Assembly (NCBI GenBank): GCA_965249725.1
Contig: OZ252251.1
Span: 352,001-416,000 of the forward strand
Direction: 5' to 3'
DNA length: 64,000 bases
From: Longimicrobiales bacterium
Lineage (GTDB): Bacteria > Gemmatimonadota > Gemmatimonadetes > Longimicrobiales > Gaopeijiaceae
How positions within the stretch are numbered: the stretch's first letter is position 1; each line of letters opens with the position of its first letter. The position numbers and the translations under genes are program-made. The notes beneath the pieces are model-generated. The model was not told the DNA's origin. It did no database searches and worked only from the letters and a program-made list of their open reading frames with translations. This document shows, piece after piece, positions 54,652 to 63,660 of the stretch.

Positions 54652-55173
54652 TTGGGACGCAGATACTTGGGCTTTACGAATTGCAGCGGCTGTTGGAGGA
54701 GTGGTGATCGCACGACGAGTCTAGGCTTTACGCTTCTCGAACTCGTGATCGTCATGCTCCTCCTATCACTCTCGCTCGCGGCAGCGGCGGGGGTGTTTTC
54801 GGCTTATCAAGGCCGTACATCCGCTCAGCGCGCAGCGCAGGTGTTTGCGCTCGATATCGGGCTTGCCAGGACGAGTGCCGTCAGGAGTCGAGAGAAGGTG
54901 GTTGTCGATTTCGACGAATCTCAGGTGACCTACCTGCTTCGGTTCGAATCGGGTGACACGATTGTGAGGCGGGAATTCAGTCGGCAGAACGAGATTTTCC
55001 TCGACTCGGTGAACCTCCAGCTGACGGGAGACAGCTTGGTCTTCAGTACGCGCGGTGTGGGTGACCTGAGCGGAGCAGGCTCCTCCTTGGGGGTGGCGAG
55101 CTTCGTCGCTGGCGCGGCGGGGTACGAGGTGTCCTTCAACGGCATGGGGGCTTCAAAGGTCGAGAAACGTTGA
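54652..55173 (+). CDS. Type IV minor pilin / pseudopilin, FimT/GspH-like
   Basis: G|FTLLELVIV prepilin motif, DIGLARTSAV, LVFSTRG. Confidence 0.85.
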   Translation: MGRRYLGFTNCSGCWRSGDRTTSLGFTLLELVIVMLLLSLSLAAAAGVFSAYQGRTSAQRAAQVFALDIGLARTSAVRSREKVVVDFDESQVTYLLRFESGDTIVRREFSRQNEIFLDSVNLQLTGDSLVFSTRGVGDLSGAGSSLGVASFVAGAAGYEVSFNGMGASKVEKR

Positions 55174-55562
55174 GCAGACGGCGTCGCAAGCGGCTGCGCG
55201 TCTCCTCGGGGGGCTTTACACTGATCGAGGTGATCGGAGCGTTGGTGATCTTCTCGGTCGGCGTGCTGATGGTGATGAGCCTGACCGGAACGCTGTCCCT
55301 TCGAATGGAGACCGCCGCGATCCGGTCGGAGCTCAGCGTCATGGGGCAGGAGCGGTTGGACAGCCTGGAGGTCATAGACTACGACGCCCTTCCCGTCACA
55401 TTTACATGGGCTCTCACGGAGGTTCGAGGATCATCGTACTACTGGGTAATCATCGTAGCCGACTCGACGGCGCTAGCGCGCCACGCCAAGGTATGGCTGC
55501 TTCCGTCCAGCGGGTCGGGTCCGTCCTTTACCGGTTCCACGTTCGTCACAAAGTCCTGGTAG
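55170..55562 (+). CDS. Type IV minor pilin, PilV-like
   Basis: Basic leader RRRRKR, then G|FTLIEVIGALVIFSVGVL. Confidence 0.85.
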   Translation: MSRRRRKRLRVSSGGFTLIEVIGALVIFSVGVLMVMSLTGTLSLRMETAAIRSELSVMGQERLDSLEVIDYDALPVTFTWALTEVRGSSYYWVIIVADSTALARHAKVWLLPSSGSGPSFTGSTFVTKSW

Positions 55563-56395
55563 CCGACCGCTCGGACGCGGGTTTTACTTTCCTCGAGGCC
55601 ATTCTGGCGCTCACCCTTTCCTCGCTGATCGTGGCGATGGTGGCGTCCGTTTTTCTTGCTCAGAACGACTTCTACGCGCTCGTCGTCGAGCGGGCACACG
55701 TGCAGGACAATCTGCGCGTCGTGTCCGACCTCATCGCGTCCGAGGTCCGGGGCACCTCGGCCGGGGGCGTCACCACGGCCCAGTCACGCGACTTCGTGGT
55801 TCGCTTGCCGTTGGCTGTGGGTGGTGTGTGCCATGATGAGGCGAGTCACGGGCGGGTGTACATGCCGGGCCTGGCCGACATCGCGACCGACGAAGTGGCC
55901 GGTTATGCCAGGCGGGACGTGAACGGTGATTGGACCTACACCACCGGCACGTGGTCGACGCTGCTGGTGTCGTCAGGGTCCAATGACGCGAACGAGTGCA
56001 CGACCCGATCCGGTTCGGATACAGTAGGCGCGACGCAGGACTTTGGACGCCTCCTGATATCGGGGGGGACGACTCTCGGAGAGTCGATCATGATTTGGCA
56101 GGAGATCGAGTTCAAGATCGACGAGTCTCAACTGGACTCGACGACGTTGGCGGTGTTCCGGGGAGTCACAGGCGACACTCTGAGAGAGTTCGCCACGGGG
56201 ATCACGCCCGACACGAAGTTCGAGTATTCGACCGACGGCGGCTCGTCGTTCTCCGACTCCGAGACGGGGGGCGACCTCGACGACATCGACGTGATTCGAA
56301 TCACGGCAGCGGCCGTAGCAGCGGATTCCGCGGGAGTCGATGAGGCGTACAACTATCAGTGGACCATGAGAATCCCCCTGAAGAACTCGAACTGA
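55493..56395 (+). CDS. Type IV minor pilin, PilW-like (start uncertain)
   Basis: G|FTFLEAILALTL, QDNLR...LIASEVRG, C-terminal IPLKN. Confidence 0.8.
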   Translation: MAASVQRVGSVLYRFHVRHKVLVADRSDAGFTFLEAILALTLSSLIVAMVASVFLAQNDFYALVVERAHVQDNLRVVSDLIASEVRGTSAGGVTTAQSRDFVVRLPLAVGGVCHDEASHGRVYMPGLADIATDEVAGYARRDVNGDWTYTTGTWSTLLVSSGSNDANECTTRSGSDTVGATQDFGRLLISGGTTLGESIMIWQEIEFKIDESQLDSTTLAVFRGVTGDTLREFATGITPDTKFEYSTDGGSSFSDSETGGDLDDIDVIRITAAAVAADSAGVDEAYNYQWTMRIPLKNSN

Positions 56396-56469
56396 CCGTG
56401 CACCGGACTATCGCACCCACTGCGCGTCGGACCACGGCGCCCACCTTGCGTCGGGCCGTCGATGCGACA

Positions 56470-57492
56470 ATGAAGGACGATCCGCGGGCCGGGTTCGTGC
56501 TCGCGCTGGTGGTTCTCCTTCTCTTCGCCATCGGAATCGCGGGCGCCGCGGGGTATCGGATCGTGCTCAACGAGGCCCAAATGGCCACGCACGCGAAGGA
56601 GACGCAGCGGGCACTGTCGATCGCACGAGCCGGGCTTCAACGGTACATCGCAAACCAGATCGGTGTGCACGACGACACCGTGACCTATGCCATCGAGAAC
56701 GGCGACGCAGTGGTCACCGCCCGCCTGGTAACCGAGATCGACGACTTCGAGTCGCTGTATCTGCTTGGCTCCGAGGGCGTCTTTACGGATCCCACGTTCA
56801 GGGGTAACGCCGCCAGGCGGACGGTCTATCAGTGGGCCAAGAAGCGGGAAGTGGCGATCGATCATTTCGCCGCGATCACCCATGCCTCGGGCAATGTATA
56901 CCTACGAATCTCTTCCGATGTGGACGGTGACGATCAGGCCACGGTCGGAGCGTGCACCCAGACTTCGACCAACATCGGTGGCGTGGTTCGTGGCGGCGGC
57001 TCACTGATCATCGAGGGAGGCGACCCGATCCACGGGCATCCCGACGATACGGATTTCGGGTTCTACGATGCTGTGATGGACTCCCTCGGGCTCGACTGGA
57101 GCCTGCTGACCGACACGGGCTTCCCCGTCGACTACGAGAACACGTGGCCCGGGTGCGGGCTGCCCTCCGACTCGTTCACGGTCACGCGCTTTACGGGCAA
57201 CCTGAGCGCTCCTTCATCGGCGTGCGGACAGGGCGTGCTGATCGTGACCGGCGACCTCACACCCGGGAACAACTTCTACTGGGACGGCATCGTCTTGGCC
57301 GGATACGTCGTTTCGACGTTCAACAATTTCAGAATCTACGGAATGCTGGTAGGCGGTCTGGACAATGGTGGGGTCCAGACGAACTACAACAACGACACGT
57401 GGGTTCGGTACGATCGCTGTAAGGCGTTCAAGTCCGGTAGACGCTTGAGCCACTTCCAACCGATCGGCTCCACTTGGTGGGAGAGTATGTAG
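56470..57492 (+). CDS. Type IV minor pilin, PilX-like
   Basis: G|FVLALVVLLL without Glu5 (a PilX/GspK trait), ALSIARAGL, GQGVLIVTGDL, C-terminal WWE. Confidence 0.8.
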   Translation: MKDDPRAGFVLALVVLLLFAIGIAGAAGYRIVLNEAQMATHAKETQRALSIARAGLQRYIANQIGVHDDTVTYAIENGDAVVTARLVTEIDDFESLYLLGSEGVFTDPTFRGNAARRTVYQWAKKREVAIDHFAAITHASGNVYLRISSDVDGDDQATVGACTQTSTNIGGVVRGGGSLIIEGGDPIHGHPDDTDFGFYDAVMDSLGLDWSLLTDTGFPVDYENTWPGCGLPSDSFTVTRFTGNLSAPSSACGQGVLIVTGDLTPGNNFYWDGIVLAGYVVSTFNNFRIYGMLVGGLDNGGVQTNYNNDTWVRYDRCKAFKSGRRLSHFQPIGSTWWESM

Positions 57493-57557
57493 CTCCCGAG
57501 GGCCGGTCCCGGTTTCCTCAGCTTGCCAATCCGGCGTCAGGATGACGAAGTTGCCCC

Positions 57558-57980
57558 ATGGCTGAGATCATGTCCCTCATGGCGCTGGTGGAGCGCATCC
57601 TGGACCACCTCGAACACGGCACGCTCGCTGTGGGGTTCGAGGAGCCGATCCAGAGAGGTTCCGCCTCGGGTTTCGTGGGCGTCGTGCGTCAGTCCGAAGG
57701 CCCCGAGGGCCTCGTCTTGGTGGTCCGCCTCTCGATCATGCGTGTGCCGCAGGATCGGCACGAGGAATTCACGAGCCGGCTCCTGGGCCTCACCCACGAC
57801 TTCCTCGGGCGCGCCGCATTCTCGGTGGCCAAGGACGGCATCGTCTTTCTCACTGCGGGACGTCCGGTCGAGGACCTCGATCCGGGTGAGATCATCGACC
57901 TTATTCTCTGGACCTCGGAACAGGCCGATCACTTCGATGACATACTACTCTCGGAATTCGGTTACGAGCATTCACTTTGA
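57558..57980 (+). CDS. YbjN / T3SS-chaperone (CesT)-like protein
   Basis: 140 aa, acidic; RLLGLT...AAFSV...DLDPGE...ADHFDDILLSEFG pattern. Confidence 0.6.
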   Translation: MAEIMSLMALVERILDHLEHGTLAVGFEEPIQRGSASGFVGVVRQSEGPEGLVLVVRLSIMRVPQDRHEEFTSRLLGLTHDFLGRAAFSVAKDGIVFLTAGRPVEDLDPGEIIDLILWTSEQADHFDDILLSEFGYEHSL

Positions 57981-59059
57981 GTAATCCTGAGACCAATCCC
58001 GAGCGGGGGGTCACGGATCGGACGGCCCGGTCCATGGTCCGCATCTCGGTCTATTATGGACTGCTGGTCACCTCTTTCGCGGTTCTGATCTGGGCCTTCC
58101 CCTGGTTCACACAGGCCGTCACCCGGTCCCAGGAAGACGGCATCTCGGACGCCATCACGGAGACGTTCGGGGGGGTGCCGCTCACGGACGGGTTGTCCAG
58201 TCAGGGTTTGGAAGGCCTGGCCGTGGAAGGGATCTCTCTCCTGGGTGCGCTGGCCATCATGATCCCGGTGGCCTGGACCTACATCATCATCAAGAGGAGG
58301 AGCGGCTACGACCAGTCCGTCGTGCACACCCTCATCATCCTGCCGGTGGCGGTCACGGGCATCGTGATCGTGGTCAAGACGAGCGTGGCCCTGGCGTTCA
58401 GCCTGGCGGGCATCGTGGCGGCGGTTCGGTTCCGCACGACGCTAGAGGACACCAAGGACGCCGTTTACGTCTTCCTGGCCATCGGTGTGGGGCTGGCCGC
58501 CGGTGACCAACGGCTCGGGACCGCCCTGATGGCGTCGATCGTCTTCAACGTCGTGAATCTGGTTCTCTGGAAGATGAACTTCGGCAACATCTACGTGGAT
58601 CAACTCAAGCGCACATCGGGCCTGGCGCTGGGAGACGTACTTGCGGGACCCGAGTCGGCAGCGTCCGCACTCAAGATCGGGGATGAGGCACTCCTGACCG
58701 CAATGCCGCAGACTGACCTCAGGGAGGTCGCTCGCCGCAAGGCGAGGGTGGAGAGCTACCTGGAGGCGGAGACCGACATCCACAAGGAGAAGAAGCAGTT
58801 TTCCATTCTCCTGATCTACTCGGACGCGGCCGGTGAGACGCAGCAGATGGTGGAACGGAACCTCGGCCTATTCGCCGTCCGTTGGCGGCTGGCCGAGATC
58901 ATCCCCGGTGAGGACGGCGTGTCGATTCTCGAGTACCTGGTGCGGGTGAAGGAGCATGTGCCCGCCGGAGCGTTGTTGGACGCCATTCGCAAAGAGGGCG
59001 GAGATTCTGTGCGTGCCGCGGAGCTGAGGTCGCTCCAAGGACTGAAGAAGAGGAGCTAG
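57977..59059 (+). CDS. DUF4956-like membrane protein (MgtC/SapB-related)
   Basis: LAFSLAGIVAAVRFRTTLEDTKDAVYVFLAIGVGLAAG. Confidence 0.82.
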   Translation: MSNPETNPERGVTDRTARSMVRISVYYGLLVTSFAVLIWAFPWFTQAVTRSQEDGISDAITETFGGVPLTDGLSSQGLEGLAVEGISLLGALAIMIPVAWTYIIIKRRSGYDQSVVHTLIILPVAVTGIVIVVKTSVALAFSLAGIVAAVRFRTTLEDTKDAVYVFLAIGVGLAAGDQRLGTALMASIVFNVVNLVLWKMNFGNIYVDQLKRTSGLALGDVLAGPESAASALKIGDEALLTAMPQTDLREVARRKARVESYLEAETDIHKEKKQFSILLIYSDAAGETQQMVERNLGLFAVRWRLAEIIPGEDGVSILEYLVRVKEHVPAGALLDAIRKEGGDSVRAAELRSLQGLKKRS

Positions 59060-59065
59060 CAGACC

Positions 59066-60139
59066 ATGTGGAAACCCGTCATTCCGGTACTCGTCGCAGC
59101 CGTTGCCTCCGCTGCCCTCGTACCCGGTTCCGTCATCGCCGCTCAGGTCCAGACCGCCTCGGCGGACGCTACCGAAGGGCCTTCACCCGTCCCCCCGCTT
59201 TTTGCGTCCCATGAAGTGGTTGAGTTCACGCTCACGGCGGACTTCGACAAACTCAAGGGAGACCGCAAAGAGGAGAGCGAGTATCGGCCCGGCGTCGTCA
59301 GCGTAGCCGGGGACGATGGCTCCCAGAAGGAGATCGAGGTCAAGGTGAGGACGAGGGGGAAGTTCAGGCTCAAGACCTGCCGGTTCCCCCCCCTGCGGCT
59401 GAACCTCCCCAAGAATTCACTGGGTGGGACCGTGTTCGAGGGACAGAACAAGATCAAGCTCGTGACGCACTGTCGGGATGGTGAAGGCGACGAGCAGAAC
59501 CTACTCGAGGAGTACCTGGTCTACCGGACCTACAACGTCATTACGGACTACAGCTTTCGGGTGCGCCTGGCGCGCATCACCTACGTGGACAGTAGCGGCG
59601 AGGACGATACGCTGACACGGTTTGCGTTCCTCATCGAGGAAGAGGACGCCATGCCCGAGCGTCTGGGCGGTATGATCCTCCACGTGAAGCAGGTCCACCC
59701 CAAGCACCTCTCGGCCCGAGAGTCGGCGCGCATGGCCTTGTTCCAGTACATGGTGGGCAATACCGATTGGTCCATGATCTACTTCCACAACGTCGTGCTT
59801 CTCAGAACCGCGGAGAGCGTCCACGTTACCATACCGTACGACTTCGATTGGGCGGGATTCGTGGCCCCCTCCTACGCCAAGCCGGATGCCAGTCTCAACA
59901 TCCGCTCGGTGCGTGACAGGATCTATCGCGGGTTCTGCAGATCGGACGTGGATTATACGGACATCTATTCGGAGTTCGAGGGGCTCCGGCCCGATTTCGA
60001 GGCACTCTATGCCGGCCTGGAGGGGTTCCAGGAGGACAAGCTCGAAGACGCCCTGAGCTACACGAGAGGCTTTTACGAGGTCATCGGGTCCGAGAACCGT
60101 GCGCGCCGTCGCATTGTCGACGCCTGTCGCAAGACCTGA
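59066..60139 (+). CDS. Secreted CotH-like atypical kinase-fold protein
   Basis: Signal peptide; VRTRGKFR, IKLVTHC, EYLVYRTY, YMVGNTDW, HNVVL, IPYDFD. Confidence 0.6.
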   Translation: MWKPVIPVLVAAVASAALVPGSVIAAQVQTASADATEGPSPVPPLFASHEVVEFTLTADFDKLKGDRKEESEYRPGVVSVAGDDGSQKEIEVKVRTRGKFRLKTCRFPPLRLNLPKNSLGGTVFEGQNKIKLVTHCRDGEGDEQNLLEEYLVYRTYNVITDYSFRVRLARITYVDSSGEDDTLTRFAFLIEEEDAMPERLGGMILHVKQVHPKHLSARESARMALFQYMVGNTDWSMIYFHNVVLLRTAESVHVTIPYDFDWAGFVAPSYAKPDASLNIRSVRDRIYRGFCRSDVDYTDIYSEFEGLRPDFEALYAGLEGFQEDKLEDALSYTRGFYEVIGSENRARRRIVDACRKT

Positions 60140-60179
60140 CCGGCAACGCACCTCCCCCGCGGCCGGGCTGCCTTCCGCT

Positions 60180-60584
60180 CTAGTGCTTCTTGCGGCCGGC
60201 GTTCGGGTGATCCAGGTGCTTCCAGGTGTCGCCGCGTCGAACGGCCAGGATCGTGCTCGGGGATACCTTCAGCAGCTTGGCCCAGTGGCCCGCCGCATGA
60301 CGCCAGTATCCCTTCTCGTCGTCCCAATCGTCGAGCACCTGCATCACGTCCTGCTTCGTGAGGAGGGCATGGGGAGACCTCTCACCCTGCAGCCACGGAT
60401 TATCGGGCCAGCGACGGCGACGTTGGAGCGGCCCGGGGGCCTTTGCGCCGGAGTGCCCGAGACAATAGTGCCGGATCTGACTGGCAGTGTACTCGGGGTG
60501 AGACTTGGCGATATCGGTATAGAAACGGCCTTCCTGCGCCAGGTCTCTCCACTTCACGATCAACGGTAGGGGGGGTTTTGACAT
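60180..60584 (-). CDS. Small basic helix-turn-helix protein
   Basis: GERSPHALLTKQDV...WAKLLKVSPSTILAVRRGDTWKHL. Confidence 0.65.
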   Translation of the reverse strand: MSKPPLPLIVKWRDLAQEGRFYTDIAKSHPEYTASQIRHYCLGHSGAKAPGPLQRRRRWPDNPWLQGERSPHALLTKQDVMQVLDDWDDEKGYWRHAAGHWAKLLKVSPSTILAVRRGDTWKHLDHPNAGRKKH

Positions 60585-60782
60585 GTCGGTGCATCCGAGA
60601 TTGAACGGCTATGAAAGCAAAGGCCCCTAACGTGCTAGGGCCCATCCGTAGACTCCGTAGTTGCCGGCGGTTCGTGCCGACACCTTAAGATACGGTCGGG
60701 CCTCGATCAGGTACACCCATCGACGAGGCCCTCGGGCCGGCTGTTACATCCTTGGCACACAGAGACGTCCGGAACGGCTCCG

Positions 60783-61295
60783 TCAGGCCGAGCCGAGCCC
60801 ACCGCGGTCGCGTATGAGGGGTACCATTCCGCCCGCCTCGAGGAGGTCCTGTGCGGTGTCGGAGAGCCTCCCGGTTCGAACCGTCGAGCCTCGGGTCAGG
60901 TTCGTTACCTGGACATTCTCTCCAGACAACACTACGGCGATTCGGTCGAGATCCTCGATGTCTGACACCTCGCACTCCAGCGGAATGAGCCCGTTGTTCA
61001 GTGCGTTCCTGTAGTAGGTGCGAGAGAAGCCGGCAGCCAGCACGACTCGGATTCCCGCGGCAAGGAGGGTCGTGACTGCGACTTCCATGGCGGACCCGCA
61101 CCCGAAGTTGGCTCCAGCGACCAGAACGTCCCCCTCTTCCACGGCGTTGGCGAATCCGGGCCTGGAGGTCTCGAAGAGGAACGCCTTCAGGCGGTGGGGG
61201 TCGAGCGTCTCCTTCTTGCGAGACGATGAGATGATGTGGTCGGTGTTGATGTCATCGCCAAGGCGGTGGGCGCGGCCCTCGGTGCGGAACTCCAT
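60783..61295 (-). CDS. Aconitase-family (LeuD/HacB/DmdB-type) hydro-lyase small subunit
   Basis: GDDINTDHII, AGANFGCGS, FSRTYYRNALNNG; ATG 61295 overlaps the upstream TGA. Confidence 0.88.
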   Translation of the reverse strand: MEFRTEGRAHRLGDDINTDHIISSSRKKETLDPHRLKAFLFETSRPGFANAVEEGDVLVAGANFGCGSAMEVAVTTLLAAGIRVVLAAGFSRTYYRNALNNGLIPLECEVSDIEDLDRIAVVLSGENVQVTNLTRGSTVRTGRLSDTAQDLLEAGGMVPLIRDRGGLGSA

Positions 61296-62560
61296 CACTG
61301 CCCGATCAAACCGCGGGGATCGGTGATCCGTCCCAGGGTCGCGCTGGCGGCACACGTTTCCGGAGAAGCGAGGTAGATCGACGCCGTGGCTGCACCCATG
61401 CGGCCCTGATAGTTGCGGTTCGCGGTGGAAATGACGCGCGCTCCCGGTGTGGGGATGGGCTCCGAGCTGCCACAGCAGGGACCGCACCCCGACATGGTGA
61501 CCACGGCGCCCATATCGCGTAGCGCGTCCAGGGTGCCATCGTCGCGCAGTTGGTCGTGGACCTCCCGGGAGGCCGGCGTGACCACGACGCGAACCCCCTG
61601 TGCCGGCCCGCCCCCGGCGCGGAGGACGGCCAGGGCGCGATGAAAATCTCCCACTCTGCCTCCGCTGCAGGTCCCCAGGAATACCATGTCGATCGGCTCC
61701 CCCAAGGTCTCGTCGATTCCCACCACATTCGTGGGATCGTGAGGCAGGGCGACCAGAGGCGACAGACCCGCGACGTCGATCTCGATCTCACGGACGAAAC
61801 GGGCATCGGGATCGGACTCGACCGCGTGCCAATCGTCGGAGCAGCGCTGGCTCAGGTAGTCGCTGGTCGTCTCGTCGGCTCGGAAGATCCCCGCCTTGGC
61901 ACCCATCTCCACGACCAGGTTGCTCACCACGAATCGTTCGTCCATGTCCATCTCGGCCACGCCGCTGCCGTCGAACTCGATAGCCATGTATCCGGCCCCA
62001 TCGCCTGCCGTTTCGCGGAGCACATCCAAGGCGATGTCCTTGGCCGTCACCCCGGGCTGGAGCTCTCCTTCGAGGCGGATCCGCATCGATTCGGGCACAC
62101 GGAGCCACACCTGCCCGCACGCGAAGGCCCCGGCCAGGTCTGAGGATCCGATCCCGGTGGCGAACGCGTTGAGGGCGCCCAGCGTGACGGTATGGCTGTC
62201 GGCCCCCGCCACCAGATCTCCCGGCCGCACCCAACCCAGCTCGGCGGCCAACTGATGGCTGATCCCGTCTCCCACTCCGCAGACCTGCACCCCGTGGGTC
62301 CCGGCGAAGCTCCGGACCCGCTCATGAAACCCGGCCGTCGCGTCGGAAGAGGGAGGGGAGTAGTGATCGAGCGCGATCAGCACCCGCTCGGGGCGCAGGA
62401 CCGCCTCGCTTTCCATCTCCTCGAAGTAGTCCACCGCCATCGGAGTCGCAGCGTCCGTTCCGAGGAGGCGGTCGGGCTCACAGATGACGACATCGCCGGC
62501 GGAGACCGAGTCGCCCGACTTCACCGAGAGGATCTTCTCGCTGATGGTCTTGCCGGTCAC
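61295..62560 (-). CDS. Aconitase-family (LeuC/HacA/DmdA-type) hydro-lyase large subunit
   Basis: GISHQ, GADSHT, 4Fe-4S ligands FLGTC and GCGPC, STANRNYQGRMG, YLASP. Confidence 0.9.
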   Translation of the reverse strand: MTGKTISEKILSVKSGDSVSAGDVVICEPDRLLGTDAATPMAVDYFEEMESEAVLRPERVLIALDHYSPPSSDATAGFHERVRSFAGTHGVQVCGVGDGISHQLAAELGWVRPGDLVAGADSHTVTLGALNAFATGIGSSDLAGAFACGQVWLRVPESMRIRLEGELQPGVTAKDIALDVLRETAGDGAGYMAIEFDGSGVAEMDMDERFVVSNLVVEMGAKAGIFRADETTSDYLSQRCSDDWHAVESDPDARFVREIEIDVAGLSPLVALPHDPTNVVGIDETLGEPIDMVFLGTCSGGRVGDFHRALAVLRAGGGPAQGVRVVVTPASREVHDQLRDDGTLDALRDMGAVVTMSGCGPCCGSSEPIPTPGARVISTANRNYQGRMGAATASIYLASPETCAASATLGRITDPRGLIGQ

Positions 62561-63660
62561 GGGCCCAGCTCCTCGAGCACCTCCGTCAACGCGGTAAGGG
62601 TCCGCTCGACATCGCCGGGCCGGATGTCACCCATATGGCCGATGCGAATGCTACGGCCCTCGAACGGTCCGAGACCCACGGCGACCAGAATGCCCTTCTC
62701 TCGCATTCCGCTCCGGATCGCATCCGCGGTCAACTCCTCCGGTACATCGATTGCCGTCAGCGTGGGTGAGTGATGCGGAAGGGCGGGGCATTGCAGCTCG
62801 AGCCCCAGGCTCGCCACATGGTCCGTCGTCGTACGACCCATCGCCTCGTGGCGGTCGAATACCTGTTGCAGTCCCTCCTCGTGAATCATCGCGAGAGCCT
62901 CTCGGAGCTGGAGGACCAGGTGCACCGGCGTCGTACCCGGGGTCTCGGGACGGGTGCCCGCCAGGGTTTCCCGTATGGCTCCGAAGTTCCAGTAGTTCGC
63001 GGGTAGGCTCGCCGACTCGGTGGCCTTCCAGGCCCGAGGTCCCATGACGGCGAACGCCAATCCCGGACTCGACATCAAGCATTTCTGACTTCCGGTGACC
63101 GCCACGTCGACGCCCCAGTCGTCGAAGCGGAAAGGAACACCTCCCACTCCACTGATGGAGTCGACCAGTGTGAGCGCGCCCCTGGACCGGGCGAGAGCCG
63201 CCACCGCTTCGACGTCGTTGAGCACGCCGGTCGAGGTGTCGGAGTGCACCACCAACAGGGCCTTCGTCCCCGGGAAGTCGACGAAGGCCTGTTCGATCTC
63301 CGCATGGTCCAGTCCCTGGCTCCAGTCCTTCGAGACACGGTGGACCGTGAGCCCGTAGGACTCGGCGAAGCCCGACCACATGTTGCCGAACTTGCCGTTA
63401 CAGCAGGCGATCAGCTCCTCGCCCCGCGAGAACAGGTTGCAGATGGCTGCTTCCATCGCTCCCCTGCCCGTGGTGTGGACGGGGAGCACGTCTCCCGTCG
63501 TCCCGAACAGGGGCCTCATCATCTCGACGACCGCGCCCAACTGCTCGGAGAACTCGGCTGTGCGGTGGTGCATGACGGGCTGCCCACCGGCCTTCAAGAC
63601 CCGGTCCGGAACGCGACTGGGCCCCGGGGTCATGAGAAGCAGAGGTGCGGTGGGGGTCAC
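62557..63660 (-). CDS. Class V PLP aminotransferase (serine-pyruvate / alanine-glyoxylate type)
   Basis: LMTPGP, HHR, TGRGAMEA, HSDTSTG, VDSIS, GSQKCL, IRIGHMG. Confidence 0.92.
   Translation of the reverse strand: MTPTAPLLLMTPGPSRVPDRVLKAGGQPVMHHRTAEFSEQLGAVVEMMRPLFGTTGDVLPVHTTGRGAMEAAICNLFSRGEELIACCNGKFGNMWSGFAESYGLTVHRVSKDWSQGLDHAEIEQAFVDFPGTKALLVVHSDTSTGVLNDVEAVAALARSRGALTLVDSISGVGGVPFRFDDWGVDVAVTGSQKCLMSSPGLAFAVMGPRAWKATESASLPANYWNFGAIRETLAGTRPETPGTTPVHLVLQLREALAMIHEEGLQQVFDRHEAMGRTTTDHVASLGLELQCPALPHHSPTLTAIDVPEELTADAIRSGMREKGILVAVGLGPFEGRSIRIGHMGDIRPGDVERTLTALTEVLEELGP

Noticed and set aside
60698..60731. Inverted repeat GGGCCTCG...CGAGGCCC downstream of the leuD-like gene
   Set aside because: Large loop and no U tract; cannot distinguish a terminator or ncRNA from chance in GC-rich DNA
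60783..62560. Gene symbols leuC/leuD
   Set aside because: The altered active-site motifs and catabolic context make a leucine-biosynthesis role doubtful
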